From positions 11,225-75,224 of the forward strand of contig CAJWVG010000001.1 in assembly GCA_913048065.1 (NCBI GenBank): a stretch of 64,000 bases of DNA. The letters run 5' to 3'. A program made the position numbers and the translations under genes. Below the pieces are notes generated by a model that was not told where the DNA came from, searched no databases, and worked only from the letters and a program-made list of their open reading frames with translations. Of the stretch, positions 9,795 to 21,158 are shown piece after piece (positions within the stretch are counted from its first letter, which is position 1; the number at the start of each line of letters is the position of its first letter). The stretch comes from an uncultured Gammaproteobacteria bacterium (GTDB lineage Bacteria > Pseudomonadota > Gammaproteobacteria > GCA-002705445 > GCA-002716945).

Positions 9795-11030
9795 TTATAT
9801 ATCCCATTCTTCATATTTTATCTTTTTAAACATATCACCACTTTCTTTATCTAGTTTTTTCTTAATTGCCTTTTTAAACATTTTCTTATTTAATTCTACA
9901 CCTATGCCAATTCTTCCAAGTTCGGCAGCAACTTTGGGCGCAGTAAAACTTCCAGCAAACGGGTCTAGAACCTTTTCTCCAGCATATGTAAACATTTTTA
10001 CTGCCATCTCAGGAATGTCATCAGGAAATGGTGCCGTATGACCTAATGTATTCTCACCTTTTGAGTTAATCTTAATTACAGGAGAGAATTTAATAATATC
10101 TTTTCTCCATTTATTAATTAAAGATTTATCTATCATATTTAAATCACTCTCTCTATCTATAGATTGGGTAAAGTTTGTCTTGAGTGAAAATCTCTTACCT
10201 CTATTTGATTCACTTCGTTCAGGGCAGTTATTATTTTTACATTCCCAACTTTGTAATCCTGGTTCTGTTTGAGTATTACCATTAACTTTTAGTGTCCCAC
10301 ATCTCGGGCACGGGTATCTGGTTAAGTCTAATCTATGTTTATGGAAAATGAGTATATGTTCATATGAATTTATTGGATATTGGTACATTGGAAAAGGTTT
10401 AGAGTCATTCTTATTTCTTTGACTTTGAACCTCACCTTTATCCCAGATTAAATCATCAACAAAAGTGAACCCTTCCTCTTCAAAAATTCTTGTAAAATAT
10501 GCTCCAAGCGGGATCCTTGTTTTACCCCATACCGATTTTGTTTTAGTATTTGGATTATCAAATATATCACCGACATTAAAAACCCATACTCTATGATTGT
10601 CCAAGACACGATAACTTTCTCTGATGATTTCTCTCATATCATCAAGGTATAAATTTATATTATCCCACTGAGAATAATCTCTTGCATTGTAATATGGCGG
10701 GGAAGTTACCATTAATTGTATTGATTCAGAATCCATTAATTTCAGAGCATCCAAACAATTACCCCAAATTAATTTTGTGTTAGATTTTTTATTTTTAAGA
10801 AAAGCATTAAACTTTTTATCAGATAATTTATATTCAGATTGATATTTATGTTTAATTATATCTTGGTATATATCATTGAAGATCTTTATGCAATCTTTTT
10901 GACTGTGAGGATTTTTTTTTGAAAGTTTTTTTATTAAGTCAGCATACTCTTTATCATTAAGCACTTTTTTTAAATATTTAACGCTTGTATGTATTATATT
11001 ATCAAAGTGATTATTGAATCGATTTCTCAT
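9795..11030 (-). CDS. beta-class DNA methyltransferase (N4-cytosine or N6-adenine; the SPPY motif favours N4C) with an inserted Cys4 zinc-ribbon
   Basis: Motif IV is LMVTSPPYYNARDY, N-terminal to motif I VLDPFAGSFTAPKVAAELGRIGIGVELN (the beta permutation). There is a CPRCG...CKNNNCP insert. AGGU lies 9 nt upstream of the ATG. Confidence 0.85.
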   Translation of the reverse strand: MRNRFNNHFDNIIHTSVKYLKKVLNDKEYADLIKKLSKKNPHSQKDCIKIFNDIYQDIIKHKYQSEYKLSDKKFNAFLKNKKSNTKLIWGNCLDALKLMDSESIQLMVTSPPYYNARDYSQWDNINLYLDDMREIIRESYRVLDNHRVWVFNVGDIFDNPNTKTKSVWGKTRIPLGAYFTRIFEEEGFTFVDDLIWDKGEVQSQRNKNDSKPFPMYQYPINSYEHILIFHKHRLDLTRYPCPRCGTLKVNGNTQTEPGLQSWECKNNNCPERSESNRGKRFSLKTNFTQSIDRESDLNMIDKSLINKWRKDIIKFSPVIKINSKGENTLGHTAPFPDDIPEMAVKMFTYAGEKVLDPFAGSFTAPKVAAELGRIGIGVELNKKMFKKAIKKKLDKESGDMFKKIKYEEWDI

Positions 11031-11046
11031 AATTTTTACCTAATAA

Positions 11047-11100
11047 TACCACTGATCGGACTCGAACCGATACTTTCTTGCGAAAAAGGGATTTTGAATC
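11047..11100 (-). repeat. 54-nt direct repeat copy lying inside the intact tRNA-Leu gene (the proximal att-like end)
   Basis: Perfect match to 8301-8354. Confidence 0.85.
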
Positions 11101-11130
11101 CCTCGTGTCTACCAATTCCACCACAGTGGC
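11047..11130 (-). tRNA. tRNA-Leu (anticodon CAA)
   Basis: Cloverleaf with GCCACUG acceptor stem, AAUUGGUAG D-loop, anticodon loop UUCAAAA and a long variable arm. No CCA is encoded. Confidence 0.9.
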
Positions 11131-11173
11131 ATTATAAATTTAGTGTAGCAAACTAATATTTTAGATTCTAATA

Positions 11174-11182
11174 TGGTATAAT
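11174..11182 (+). promoter_or_regulatory. candidate extended -10 (TGGTATAAT) placing a transcription start at or next to the ATG of the 11189 ORF, which would make the mRNA leaderless
   Basis: TGnTATAAT ends 6 nt before the ATG. There is no SD. Confidence 0.25.
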
Positions 11183-11188
11183 TTATTC

Positions 11189-11386
11189 ATGAACTTATCC
11201 ATTTATATCTTAGTAAGCTTAATTTTAATTTTTGCTATATTTTATATTATGAAACAAATTAGGTTAGCTAGAGAAATATCCCTTAAAGATACAACATTGG
11301 AAAAAATTGAAGAAAAGCTTAAAAAACACAAGCTTATAGGCGGTAGACATAAGAGAACAAATAAAAAGAATCCACCTATAATATGA
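11189..11386 (+). CDS. small membrane protein, 65 aa: one transmembrane helix plus a basic C-terminal tail
   Basis: Hydrophobic IYILVSLILIFAIFYIM followed by a K/R-rich tail. Only ORF length and the promoter context support it. Confidence 0.35.
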   Translation: MNLSIYILVSLILIFAIFYIMKQIRLAREISLKDTTLEKIEEKLKKHKLIGGRHKRTNKKNPPII

Positions 11387-11387
11387 T

Positions 11388-11831
11388 TTAGCTGTTGTCT
11401 TCTTTTGCTGTTTTTGCAAGTTTTGCCATCTCTGGACTATAAGCTTCACCTTGCCAGAGCATACTATAGACTATTTCTTCATTCCCATTTTCACAAACAT
11501 CAATTACTTTTTGGAAGAGCGGTTGAAATGTTTTACTTTTATGTGAGTTTTCATGATCATCATACGATTTCCAGAAAGTTATTATAAGAGCTTCACGGTC
11601 TTTCAGTTCTGAGTCTAACGCTTTACCTAACTGACTTCCTTCGTTAGATATTTGACCACTATTTAGTACAACCATACCACCTATGAATCCTGTTTCGGAG
11701 TGATAAGTTTTTACATTTTCACACATCACTGCAACGCGTTCTTGTAGGTCATCAAGAGTATACTCTGGTTTTAAAATAACGCGATTAATTGTGACTATCC
11801 CATCATATGGAAAATTATTTATCAAACTCAT
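11388..11831 (-). CDS. hypothetical protein, possibly ABM/Dabb (ferredoxin-like) fold
   Basis: IITFWKSYDDHENSHKSKTFQ resembles the ABM-domain W-x-S...H..S signature. I am not sure of this. Confidence 0.45.
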   Translation of the reverse strand: MSLINNFPYDGIVTINRVILKPEYTLDDLQERVAVMCENVKTYHSETGFIGGMVVLNSGQISNEGSQLGKALDSELKDREALIITFWKSYDDHENSHKSKTFQPLFQKVIDVCENGNEEIVYSMLWQGEAYSPEMAKLAKTAKEDNS

Positions 11832-11931
11832 ACTCTAATTAAAACAAATAATTTGTAATAAATCAATATAAGTATTTACTAATATACAATTTCATTGACT
11901 TAAACTTTAGACAAGATATTATTTTGCATAC

Positions 11932-14060
<2,129 letters not shown>

Positions 14061-14070
14061 CGAGGATAAA

Positions 14071-14394
14071 ATGAATTTTATTAATCTAGCACATGCTGCA
14101 TCTGATGCTCAAGAGCCATCAGCACTTGGTTTTCTTCTACCAATATTTATATTGGTATTAATGTATTTTATATTGATAAGGCCACAGTCAAAAAAATTGA
14201 AAGAACATAAACAAATGATTGCAGAATTAAAGGTGGGTGATGAAATTGCCACATCAGGCGGAATCCTAGGGAAGGTATTAAAAGTAGGAGAATCATTTAT
14301 CCAATTAAAAATTTCTGATAATGTGGAGATAAAACTACAAAAAACATCTGTGAATAAAATATTACCTAAAAATTCTTTGGGGTCCATAAAATAG
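14071..14394 (+). CDS. yajC: preprotein translocase subunit YajC
   Basis: Single TM plus a conserved YajC core, upstream of secD. Confidence 0.85.
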   Translation: MNFINLAHAASDAQEPSALGFLLPIFILVLMYFILIRPQSKKLKEHKQMIAELKVGDEIATSGGILGKVLKVGESFIQLKISDNVEIKLQKTSVNKILPKNSLGSIK

Positions 14395-14395
14395 C

Positions 14396-16186
14396 ATGTC
14401 ATCATACCCACGTTGGAAATATATTTTAGTTATTTTAGTTTTATTAACTTCATTTATTTATTCATTACCAAACCTTTATAGTTCTTATCCGGCTATAGAA
14501 GTTAGTGTCAATAATCAAATATCATCTAATCAAATAATAAAGATGATTGAAGATGAAAATACTATCTCTGATATTGTAAAGCAAAATAGCAAAGTAATAT
14601 TGAAGTTTAATGATACAAAAGATCAGCTTAAGGTTTATGGAAAATTAAGAACTGCTAATATCCCTACAACATTTACATTAAGTAATTATGTGGATATTCC
14701 ATCATGGCTCACCTCTATTAATGCATATCCTATGTTTTTAGGTCTAGATTTAAAAGGAGGTGTTCATTTTTTATTACAGGTAGATAAAGAAAATATAAAT
14801 ACAAATTTATTAAGGGAAATAGAAAGTGATGTAAAAAAAATCCTTATCGATAATAAATATAGATATAACGCATTTTCTAAAACTGATAGTAATTTAGTTA
14901 TTGAATTTAATTCACAGAAACCTATTGTTAAAATTATTGAAACTATAAATGAATCTATTCCAGATTTAATAATTTTAAAAAAGACTGATGGAGATAATGT
15001 AAAAATTGAAATTAAGCCAGCAGAGTCTATGATATCAAATGATATAAAGAGTGCGCTGGCTAAGAATCTAACAATTTTAAGATCGAGAGTTGATGAGCTT
15101 GGTGTTGCTCAACCAATCCTACAAAAACAAGGAAAAGAGCGCATAATTGTTCAGTTACCTGGCCTACAGGATTCTACCAGAGCAAAAGGTATTCTAGGTT
15201 CTACAGCTACTCTTGAATTTAGACTGACCAAAGGTACCACAGAGGACTGGTATAATTCAAAAATATCAGGTACGCCGACAATAAATTCATCTGCTATGTA
15301 TCAGATGAGAGATGGTTCGCCGATTTTATTGTCACGTAAAGTAATTGTTGGTGGAAGTGATATTAAAGGAGCTAATTCTGGCTTTGATGCTTCAAATAAT
15401 GCTCCTGCGGTTTTCGTAAACCTCAGTGATTATGGAGCTTCACGTATGCTAGAGACAACATCAAAAAATATCGGTACAAGGATGGCTGTGATATTTGTTG
15501 AAAAAGATAAAAAAGAAGTAATCAATGTAGCGGTCATTAGAGAAGCTTTTAGCAAAAGATTTCAAATCACAGGACTAGATATGAGCGAAGCCCAGGATTT
15601 AGCGATATTATTGCGTTCAGGCGCGCTAAGCGCACCCATGGAAATTATTGAGGAAAGAACTGTTGGTCCAAGTCTTGGAAAATATAATATTTTAGCAGGA
15701 AAAAATTCCATGTATTTTGGGTTGTTGCTTGTTGGCTTATTTATGTTAATTTACTATAGATTGTTTGGATTGATAGCAAATATTGCATTAATGGCAAATA
15801 TATTAATTATAGTTGCAGTATTATCAATATTTCAGGCGACTCTTACGTTATCAGGTATTGCTGGTATAGTGTTGACAGTTGGGATGGCTGTAGATGCTAA
15901 TGTATTGATATTTGAAAGAATAAGAGAAGAAATAAAAAATGGAAATACACCAAACGCAAGTATATACTCTGGCTATCAAAAAGCTTTTTCTACTATTTCA
16001 GATGCAAATATCACAACACTTATAGCAGCCATTGCTCTTTTGACTATTGGTACTGGTGCAGTCAAAGGTTTCGCTATAACACTTGTTATTGGTATATTGT
16101 CTTCAATGTTTACATCTATATTAGGAACAAGGGCATTGGTAAGTTTAATTTATGAAAATAAAAATAATAAAGGATTATCTATTTAA
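14396..16186 (+). CDS. secD: protein translocase subunit SecD
   Basis: Large periplasmic domain plus a C-terminal 6-TM bundle; 596 aa. Confidence 0.95.
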   Translation: MSSYPRWKYILVILVLLTSFIYSLPNLYSSYPAIEVSVNNQISSNQIIKMIEDENTISDIVKQNSKVILKFNDTKDQLKVYGKLRTANIPTTFTLSNYVDIPSWLTSINAYPMFLGLDLKGGVHFLLQVDKENINTNLLREIESDVKKILIDNKYRYNAFSKTDSNLVIEFNSQKPIVKIIETINESIPDLIILKKTDGDNVKIEIKPAESMISNDIKSALAKNLTILRSRVDELGVAQPILQKQGKERIIVQLPGLQDSTRAKGILGSTATLEFRLTKGTTEDWYNSKISGTPTINSSAMYQMRDGSPILLSRKVIVGGSDIKGANSGFDASNNAPAVFVNLSDYGASRMLETTSKNIGTRMAVIFVEKDKKEVINVAVIREAFSKRFQITGLDMSEAQDLAILLRSGALSAPMEIIEERTVGPSLGKYNILAGKNSMYFGLLLVGLFMLIYYRLFGLIANIALMANILIIVAVLSIFQATLTLSGIAGIVLTVGMAVDANVLIFERIREEIKNGNTPNASIYSGYQKAFSTISDANITTLIAAIALLTIGTGAVKGFAITLVIGILSSMFTSILGTRALVSLIYENKNNKGLSI

Positions 16187-17085
16187 TGTTTACATTGATA
16201 AAACATAAAAGTAATTTTAATTTTTTATCGAAAAAAAAATTTGCGATTATAGTTTCATCTATATTAATTATATTCAGCATATTAAGCTTTTCTGTGAAAG
16301 GTTTGAATTTTGGAATTGATTTTTCAAGTGGATATATCGTCCAGTTGAAATTTGAAAAAGATTTGAATATTTCGAATGTTAGAAATGCTTTTGAAAAAAA
16401 TGGAGTCTCTGACTCAATAATCCAATATTTTGGAAGTAATAATGAAATTATAATAAAATTCAAAGAAGATAGTAGTTTCAGTAAAGATACTGTTAATAAT
16501 TTCCTTACCAAGTCACTATCTGAAGATTACAACTTTGATATTTTAAAACTTGAATTTGTGGGTTCTCAAATCGGCGCAGAACTTAGGGAAAAAGGTGAAT
16601 GGGCCATGTTAGTGGCTTTGTTATGTATACTCCTCTATATAGGTTTAAGGTTTGAGTTTTTATTCGGCATTGGTGCGATTATAGCTCTTATACATGATGT
16701 TATAATAACATTGGGTATTTTTTCTATATTACAATTAGAGTTTAATTTAAGTGTACTATCGGCTGTTCTTGCAGTTATTGGTTACTCACTCAATGATACA
16801 ATCGTGGTGTATGATCGGATTCGAGAAAACTCCAGAACTGTTAGAAATGACTCGTTTATCGATGTATTGAATTCATCAGTCAACCAAACTTTATCCAGAA
16901 CTGTTATTACTTCATTAACCACACTATTTGTTTTATTATCTTTATATATTTTAGGTGGAGCTGCTGTCGAAAACTTTGCGCTAGCTATGATTATAGGTAT
17001 ATTGATAGGGACATATTCCTCGATATATATAGCAAGTACTAGCCTTTATTATCTTGGTGTTGATATAAATAAAGACGGAGATTAA
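16186..17085 (+). CDS. secF: protein translocase subunit SecF
   Basis: Follows secD; conserved SecF TM core. Confidence 0.9.
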   Translation: MFTLIKHKSNFNFLSKKKFAIIVSSILIIFSILSFSVKGLNFGIDFSSGYIVQLKFEKDLNISNVRNAFEKNGVSDSIIQYFGSNNEIIIKFKEDSSFSKDTVNNFLTKSLSEDYNFDILKLEFVGSQIGAELREKGEWAMLVALLCILLYIGLRFEFLFGIGAIIALIHDVIITLGIFSILQLEFNLSVLSAVLAVIGYSLNDTIVVYDRIRENSRTVRNDSFIDVLNSSVNQTLSRTVITSLTTLFVLLSLYILGGAAVENFALAMIIGILIGTYSSIYIASTSLYYLGVDINKDGD

Positions 17086-17846
17086 TTTAACTCATGCAAT
17101 ATTTTTTGATGTAACCAATCTTTCGCAGAGATTATCGATTTATTTTTAAACATTTCATCCTTGCCATTTAATGCTGTTACTATAAGACCGGATTCCTTAC
17201 ATATCATAGAGCCAGCAGCACTATCCCAGATGTCAACATGAGGATATATGACTAAATCTAATTTTCCTTCTGCCAAATAAACAAGTTCTGTAGACTTGGA
17301 TCCTATAAATCGTGGCTTCCCTAGTATAATATTCTCAAGATTATATTGAATTTTTTTGTCATCAATAACATACAGCATTTTTTCTTGTGATTTACTTCTA
17401 TTTCTAATTTTTCTATTTTCAAATAAAGCTCCTTCTCCTTTTATCGATGTAATTAAAGTATCTTCAACTGGATTATAAATTAAAGCTGCTTCAGCTACTG
17501 AATTTCTAAAAATTGTAATTGTAGTATTAAACAGAGGCAATTTATTATAAAAGTTTTCATAGCTATCTAAAGGATTAATAATCCAAACAAATTTATCCTC
17601 AATATTTAAATCAGTAACATTATATTTTTTATCTATAGATTCACTATTTATATGTGTTGGGCCTAAAAAGTCATCAACACCAAGAGGATATGACTCATTA
17701 ATTATTTCAATTAGATGCTTGTAGATAAGAGCGCCTATATTACTATATGATCGTAAATCATCCTGGTCTTTTGATTTATAAATTTTTAATATTAAATCTG
17801 ATGCTAATCTACATGCTTTTAATGCTATATTTAATCTTGGTTGCAT
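17082..17846 (-). CDS. suhB: inositol monophosphatase family protein (SuhB-like) with substitutions in the metal-binding motifs
   Basis: The N-terminus MQPRLNIALKACRLASDLILKIY aligns to E. coli SuhB, and the WDSAAG motif is present. The DPLDGT motif reads NPLDSY. Confidence 0.8.
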   Translation of the reverse strand: MQPRLNIALKACRLASDLILKIYKSKDQDDLRSYSNIGALIYKHLIEIINESYPLGVDDFLGPTHINSESIDKKYNVTDLNIEDKFVWIINPLDSYENFYNKLPLFNTTITIFRNSVAEAALIYNPVEDTLITSIKGEGALFENRKIRNRSKSQEKMLYVIDDKKIQYNLENIILGKPRFIGSKSTELVYLAEGKLDLVIYPHVDIWDSAAGSMICKESGLIVTALNGKDEMFKNKSIISAKDWLHQKILHELN

Positions 17847-17884
17847 ATTGTGTTACTTTAATAAAGTAACCATAATACTACAAT

Positions 17885-18598
17885 ATGTTAACAAATGTTC
17901 ATATTGTTTTAGTAAATACATCACATCCAGGAAACATAGGTTCCACGGCTAGAGCTATGAAAGTAATGGGCTTTAAAAAACTCTTACTTGTCAACCCTAA
18001 AACATTTCCATCACCAGAAGCTGATGCTTTATCAGTAGGATGTAAAGATGTGCTAGAAAATGCTGAAGTATACACAAGTCTCTCTAAAGCAATTGAAAAC
18101 AATATCGTTAATATAGGATTGTCAGCGAGATCTCGAAAAGCGACAATTCCATCATTGCACATTGATGAGTGTGTAGATTTAATTATAAAAAATAGCAATA
18201 TTACATATAATTTAATTTTTGGAAATGAATCATCAGGTTTATCTAATGAAGATCTGCTTAAATGTGACTATATTTTAACATTACCAACTGATAAAGAATA
18301 TACTTCCCTTAATCTTGCCGCATCTGTGCAGATTTTAGTTTATGAATTATTTAAAAACTCATTTAAATCTAAATTAAATAATAAAAAATTATCTACATTA
18401 GCTAAATCCAAAGAAAAAAACTATTTTTTATCATCTTTAATTAATTTAATGATCGAAACAGGGTTTATAACTGATAAAAACACCAAATCATTAACTAAGA
18501 AAATCCATATACTTTTTAACAAATCAAACCTTGAAACAGATGAGGTTAATATGTTAATGGGCATGCTCAATTCCATAACCAAAAAACTCAATAAATAG
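17885..18598 (+). CDS. trmJ: tRNA (cytidine/uridine-2'-O-)-methyltransferase, SpoU/TrmH family
   Basis: HIVLVNTSHPGNIGSTARAM motif. Position upstream of the isc operon as in E. coli. Confidence 0.8.
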   Translation: MLTNVHIVLVNTSHPGNIGSTARAMKVMGFKKLLLVNPKTFPSPEADALSVGCKDVLENAEVYTSLSKAIENNIVNIGLSARSRKATIPSLHIDECVDLIIKNSNITYNLIFGNESSGLSNEDLLKCDYILTLPTDKEYTSLNLAASVQILVYELFKNSFKSKLNNKKLSTLAKSKEKNYFLSSLINLMIETGFITDKNTKSLTKKIHILFNKSNLETDEVNMLMGMLNSITKKLNK

Positions 18599-18627
18599 TT
18601 GATAAGATTACTAGGTTATAGGATAAT
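18599..18627 (+). promoter_or_regulatory. candidate sigma70 promoter for iscR: -35 TTGATA, 17-nt spacer, -10 GATAAT. It overlaps a candidate IscR box.
   Basis: The hexamer spacing is right. AAATAGTTGATAAGATTACTAGG resembles the E. coli iscR type-1 site ATAGTTGACCAATTTACTCGG. The -10 ends 6 nt before the iscR ATG. Confidence 0.3.
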
Positions 18628-18633
18628 TATGGC

Positions 18634-19101
18634 ATGAAATTAACTACAAAAGGAAGATATGCCATTATTGCAATGGTAGATTTAGCGTTAAACGGTACGA
18701 TAAGTCCTGTTCCATTACGGGATATATCTGAAAGACAAAATATATCGCTATCTTATTTGGAGCAACTATTTGCTAAATTGAGATTGGCTTTTTTAGTTAA
18801 AAGTGTTCGAGGTCCAGGTGGAGGATATATCCTCAGCAAAGACTCATCTTCTATTAATTTACTTGATGTGATTACTGCTGTTGATGAAAAAATTGACCAG
18901 ACACAATGCGGCGGTGATATGAATTGTAACAATGAGAAACCATGTCTCACGCATTTCATTTGGACAGACTTAAATAATAAGATTAATCAATACATGGAAG
19001 GAATAACTTTAAACGATATTGCATTGAGAGAAGACGTTAAAAATATCATTTTTTTAAGGGAGAATAAAAATGTCAGCAGTTATCAAAGACAAAAAAAATA
19101 A
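18634..19101 (+). CDS. iscR: Fe-S cluster assembly transcriptional regulator IscR (Rrf2 family)
   Basis: Rrf2 HTH and cluster ligands C-x5-C-x5-C-x2-H ([16 protein letters not shown]). Confidence 0.9.
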   Translation: MKLTTKGRYAIIAMVDLALNGTISPVPLRDISERQNISLSYLEQLFAKLRLAFLVKSVRGPGGGYILSKDSSSINLLDVITAVDEKIDQTQCGGDMNCNNEKPCLTHFIWTDLNNKINQYMEGITLNDIALREDVKNIIFLRENKNVSSYQRQKK

Positions 19102-20317
19102 ACTTAGTATACCTATATATTTAGACTATTCATCAACTACACCAGTAGACGAAAGGGTAGCAAAAAAAATGTCAGAATGTCTAACTATTGAAGGTACCTT
19201 TGGTAACCCAGCCTCAAGATCTCATCCATATGGATGGGACAGCGAAAAACTTATTGATGAAGCTAGACAAAATGTCGCTGATTTATTAAATGCTGATAAA
19301 AGAGAAATAGTTTGGACTAGCGGCGCAACGGAGTCTGATAACTTAGCAATTAAAGGCGCAGCATATTTTTATAAAGACAAAGGAAATCATTTAATTACTT
19401 TATCAACTGAACATAAAGCTGTATTAGATACGATGAGGTTTTTAGAATCTGAAGGATTTGAGGTCACTTATCTTGATCCTAAAGATAATGGCTTATTAGA
19501 TTTAGATGAACTTAGAAAGGCAATTAAACCAACAACAACACTGATATCAATAATGCATGTAAATAATGAAATAGGAGTTATACAAGATTTAGAATCTATT
19601 GGAAAAATATGTAGAGAAAATAAAATTGTATTTCATGTAGATGCAGCACAAAGCCCAGGAAAAGTTGATATTGATGTTAATAAATTTAACATTGATCTTT
19701 GTGCTTTATCAGCACACAAAGCATATGGCCCTAAAGGCATAGGAGCACTTTTTGTGAGGAGAAAACCAAGAATTAGAATACAGCCACAGATGCATGGTGG
19801 TGGACATGAAAGAGGATTCAGATCAGGAACATTACCAACACATCAGATAGTTGGAATGGGAGAAGCATTTAAAATTGCTAAACAAGAAATGACTGCTGAT
19901 AATAAAAAGATTAAATCTCTTAGAGATATGCTGTGGGATGGACTTAAAGATATCGAGGAAATCTATTTGAATGGTGATTTAGAGCAACGGATTCCAGGTA
20001 ACTTAAATATTAGCTTTAATTTTGTAGAAGGAGAAAGTTTGATAATGGCAATTAAAGATATTGCAGTTTCCTCCGGATCTGCCTGTACTTCAGCTAGCTT
20101 GGAACCTAGTTATGTTCTTAGAGCGTTAGGTAGAGAAGATGAGTTAGCGCACAGCTCTATAAGGTTAACCATTGGAAAATATACTACTGAAGATGAAGTT
20201 AAACATGCAGTTACACTTCTCACCAATGCTGTAGCAAAACTAAGAGAACTGTCACCATTATGGGATATGTATAAAGAAGGCATAGATTTAAAAACTGTCA
20301 AGTGGGCGACCCATTAG
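19070..20317 (+). CDS. iscS: cysteine desulfurase IscS
   Basis: [14 protein letters not shown], the PLP Lys region [10 protein letters not shown], and the active-site loop SSGSACTS. Confidence 0.95.
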   Translation: MSAVIKDKKNKLSIPIYLDYSSTTPVDERVAKKMSECLTIEGTFGNPASRSHPYGWDSEKLIDEARQNVADLLNADKREIVWTSGATESDNLAIKGAAYFYKDKGNHLITLSTEHKAVLDTMRFLESEGFEVTYLDPKDNGLLDLDELRKAIKPTTTLISIMHVNNEIGVIQDLESIGKICRENKIVFHVDAAQSPGKVDIDVNKFNIDLCALSAHKAYGPKGIGALFVRRKPRIRIQPQMHGGGHERGFRSGTLPTHQIVGMGEAFKIAKQEMTADNKKIKSLRDMLWDGLKDIEEIYLNGDLEQRIPGNLNISFNFVEGESLIMAIKDIAVSSGSACTSASLEPSYVLRALGREDELAHSSIRLTIGKYTTEDEVKHAVTLLTNAVAKLRELSPLWDMYKEGIDLKTVKWATH

Positions 20318-20319
20318 TC

Positions 20320-20643
20320 ATGAGTATAACTATTACAAATACTGCTGCGAAACATGTAAATCAACATCTTTCAACAAGAGGAAAGGGGGTGGGTTTGCGT
20401 CTTGGCGTTAAAACAACGGGCTGTTCGGGGTTAGCTTATGTAATTGAATTTGCCGATAAGATAGAGAGTGACGATAAAGTTTTTGAACATAATGGTGTTA
20501 AATTAATTGTAAATCCTAAAAGTTATGCATACTTAAAAGGCACGGAATTAGACTTTGGTAGAGAGGGTTTGAATGAAGGCTTTAAATTTAACAATCCCAA
20601 TGTTAAAGATAAGTGCGGATGTGGCGAGAGTTTTAATGTTTAA
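20320..20643 (+). CDS. iscA: iron-sulfur cluster insertion protein IscA
   Basis: [14 protein letters not shown]-terminus and a C-terminal CGCGESF. It starts 3 nt after the iscS stop. Confidence 0.9.
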   Translation: MSITITNTAAKHVNQHLSTRGKGVGLRLGVKTTGCSGLAYVIEFADKIESDDKVFEHNGVKLIVNPKSYAYLKGTELDFGREGLNEGFKFNNPNVKDKCGCGESFNV

Positions 20644-21158
20644 TGGATATATTAAAAAAGAACTTTTTTGAATTATTTAATATTGATATTGCTGTAGATA
20701 TAAATAAGTCAGAACTCGATGAGAAAGTTAAAGCTTTACAAATCAAATTCCATCCTGATAAGTTTGCAAGTGGCTCAGATGTTGAAAAAAGACTAGCTCT
20801 GCAACTGTCATCACATATCAATGATGGATACAAAATATTAAGCGATATTGTCTTGAGGATTGAATACATTCTTAAGATTAATAACTTTGTCAAAGATGAG
20901 TCTAAGACGATTAATGATGCTAGTTTTCTACAAGAACAAATAGAGTATAATGAGCTTGAAGAGTCCTTGAAAGAGCATTATGACGATGATTTAGTTCGCA
21001 ATCATCTAAATAAGATTAAGTTGCTTTTAAAAAATTCTATTGAAGATATTAAGCTATCTTTTAAATCTAAAGATTATGAAACCATGTGGCAACATTTATC
21101 AAAACTTAGATTTTATATAAAAAATATTAATAATCTAATCAAAATGAGGAAATCATGA
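20643..21158 (+). CDS. hscB: co-chaperone HscB
   Basis: J-domain with HPD. Confidence 0.9.
   Translation: MDILKKNFFELFNIDIAVDINKSELDEKVKALQIKFHPDKFASGSDVEKRLALQLSSHINDGYKILSDIVLRIEYILKINNFVKDESKTINDASFLQEQIEYNELEESLKEHYDDDLVRNHLNKIKLLLKNSIEDIKLSFKSKDYETMWQHLSKLRFYIKNINNLIKMRKS

Larger units (their letters stand above)
8301..11130. mobile_element. A tRNA-Leu-integrated genomic islet (about 2.7 kb, no integrase) carrying a DNA methyltransferase and a convergent unknown ORF. It looks like a restriction-modification cassette.
   Basis: An intact tRNA-Leu lies at one end and a 54-nt duplicate of its 3' half at the other. The cargo consists of one MTase and one uncharacterised ORF. Confidence 0.5.

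Noticed and set aside
10060-10110. MTase motif I reading GSFT instead of GSGTT, considered as a sign of pseudogenisation
   Set aside because: The ORF is intact over its full length. PvuII-type N4C MTases are known for non-canonical motif I sequences (FGGSNTT), so this looks like lineage variation rather than decay.
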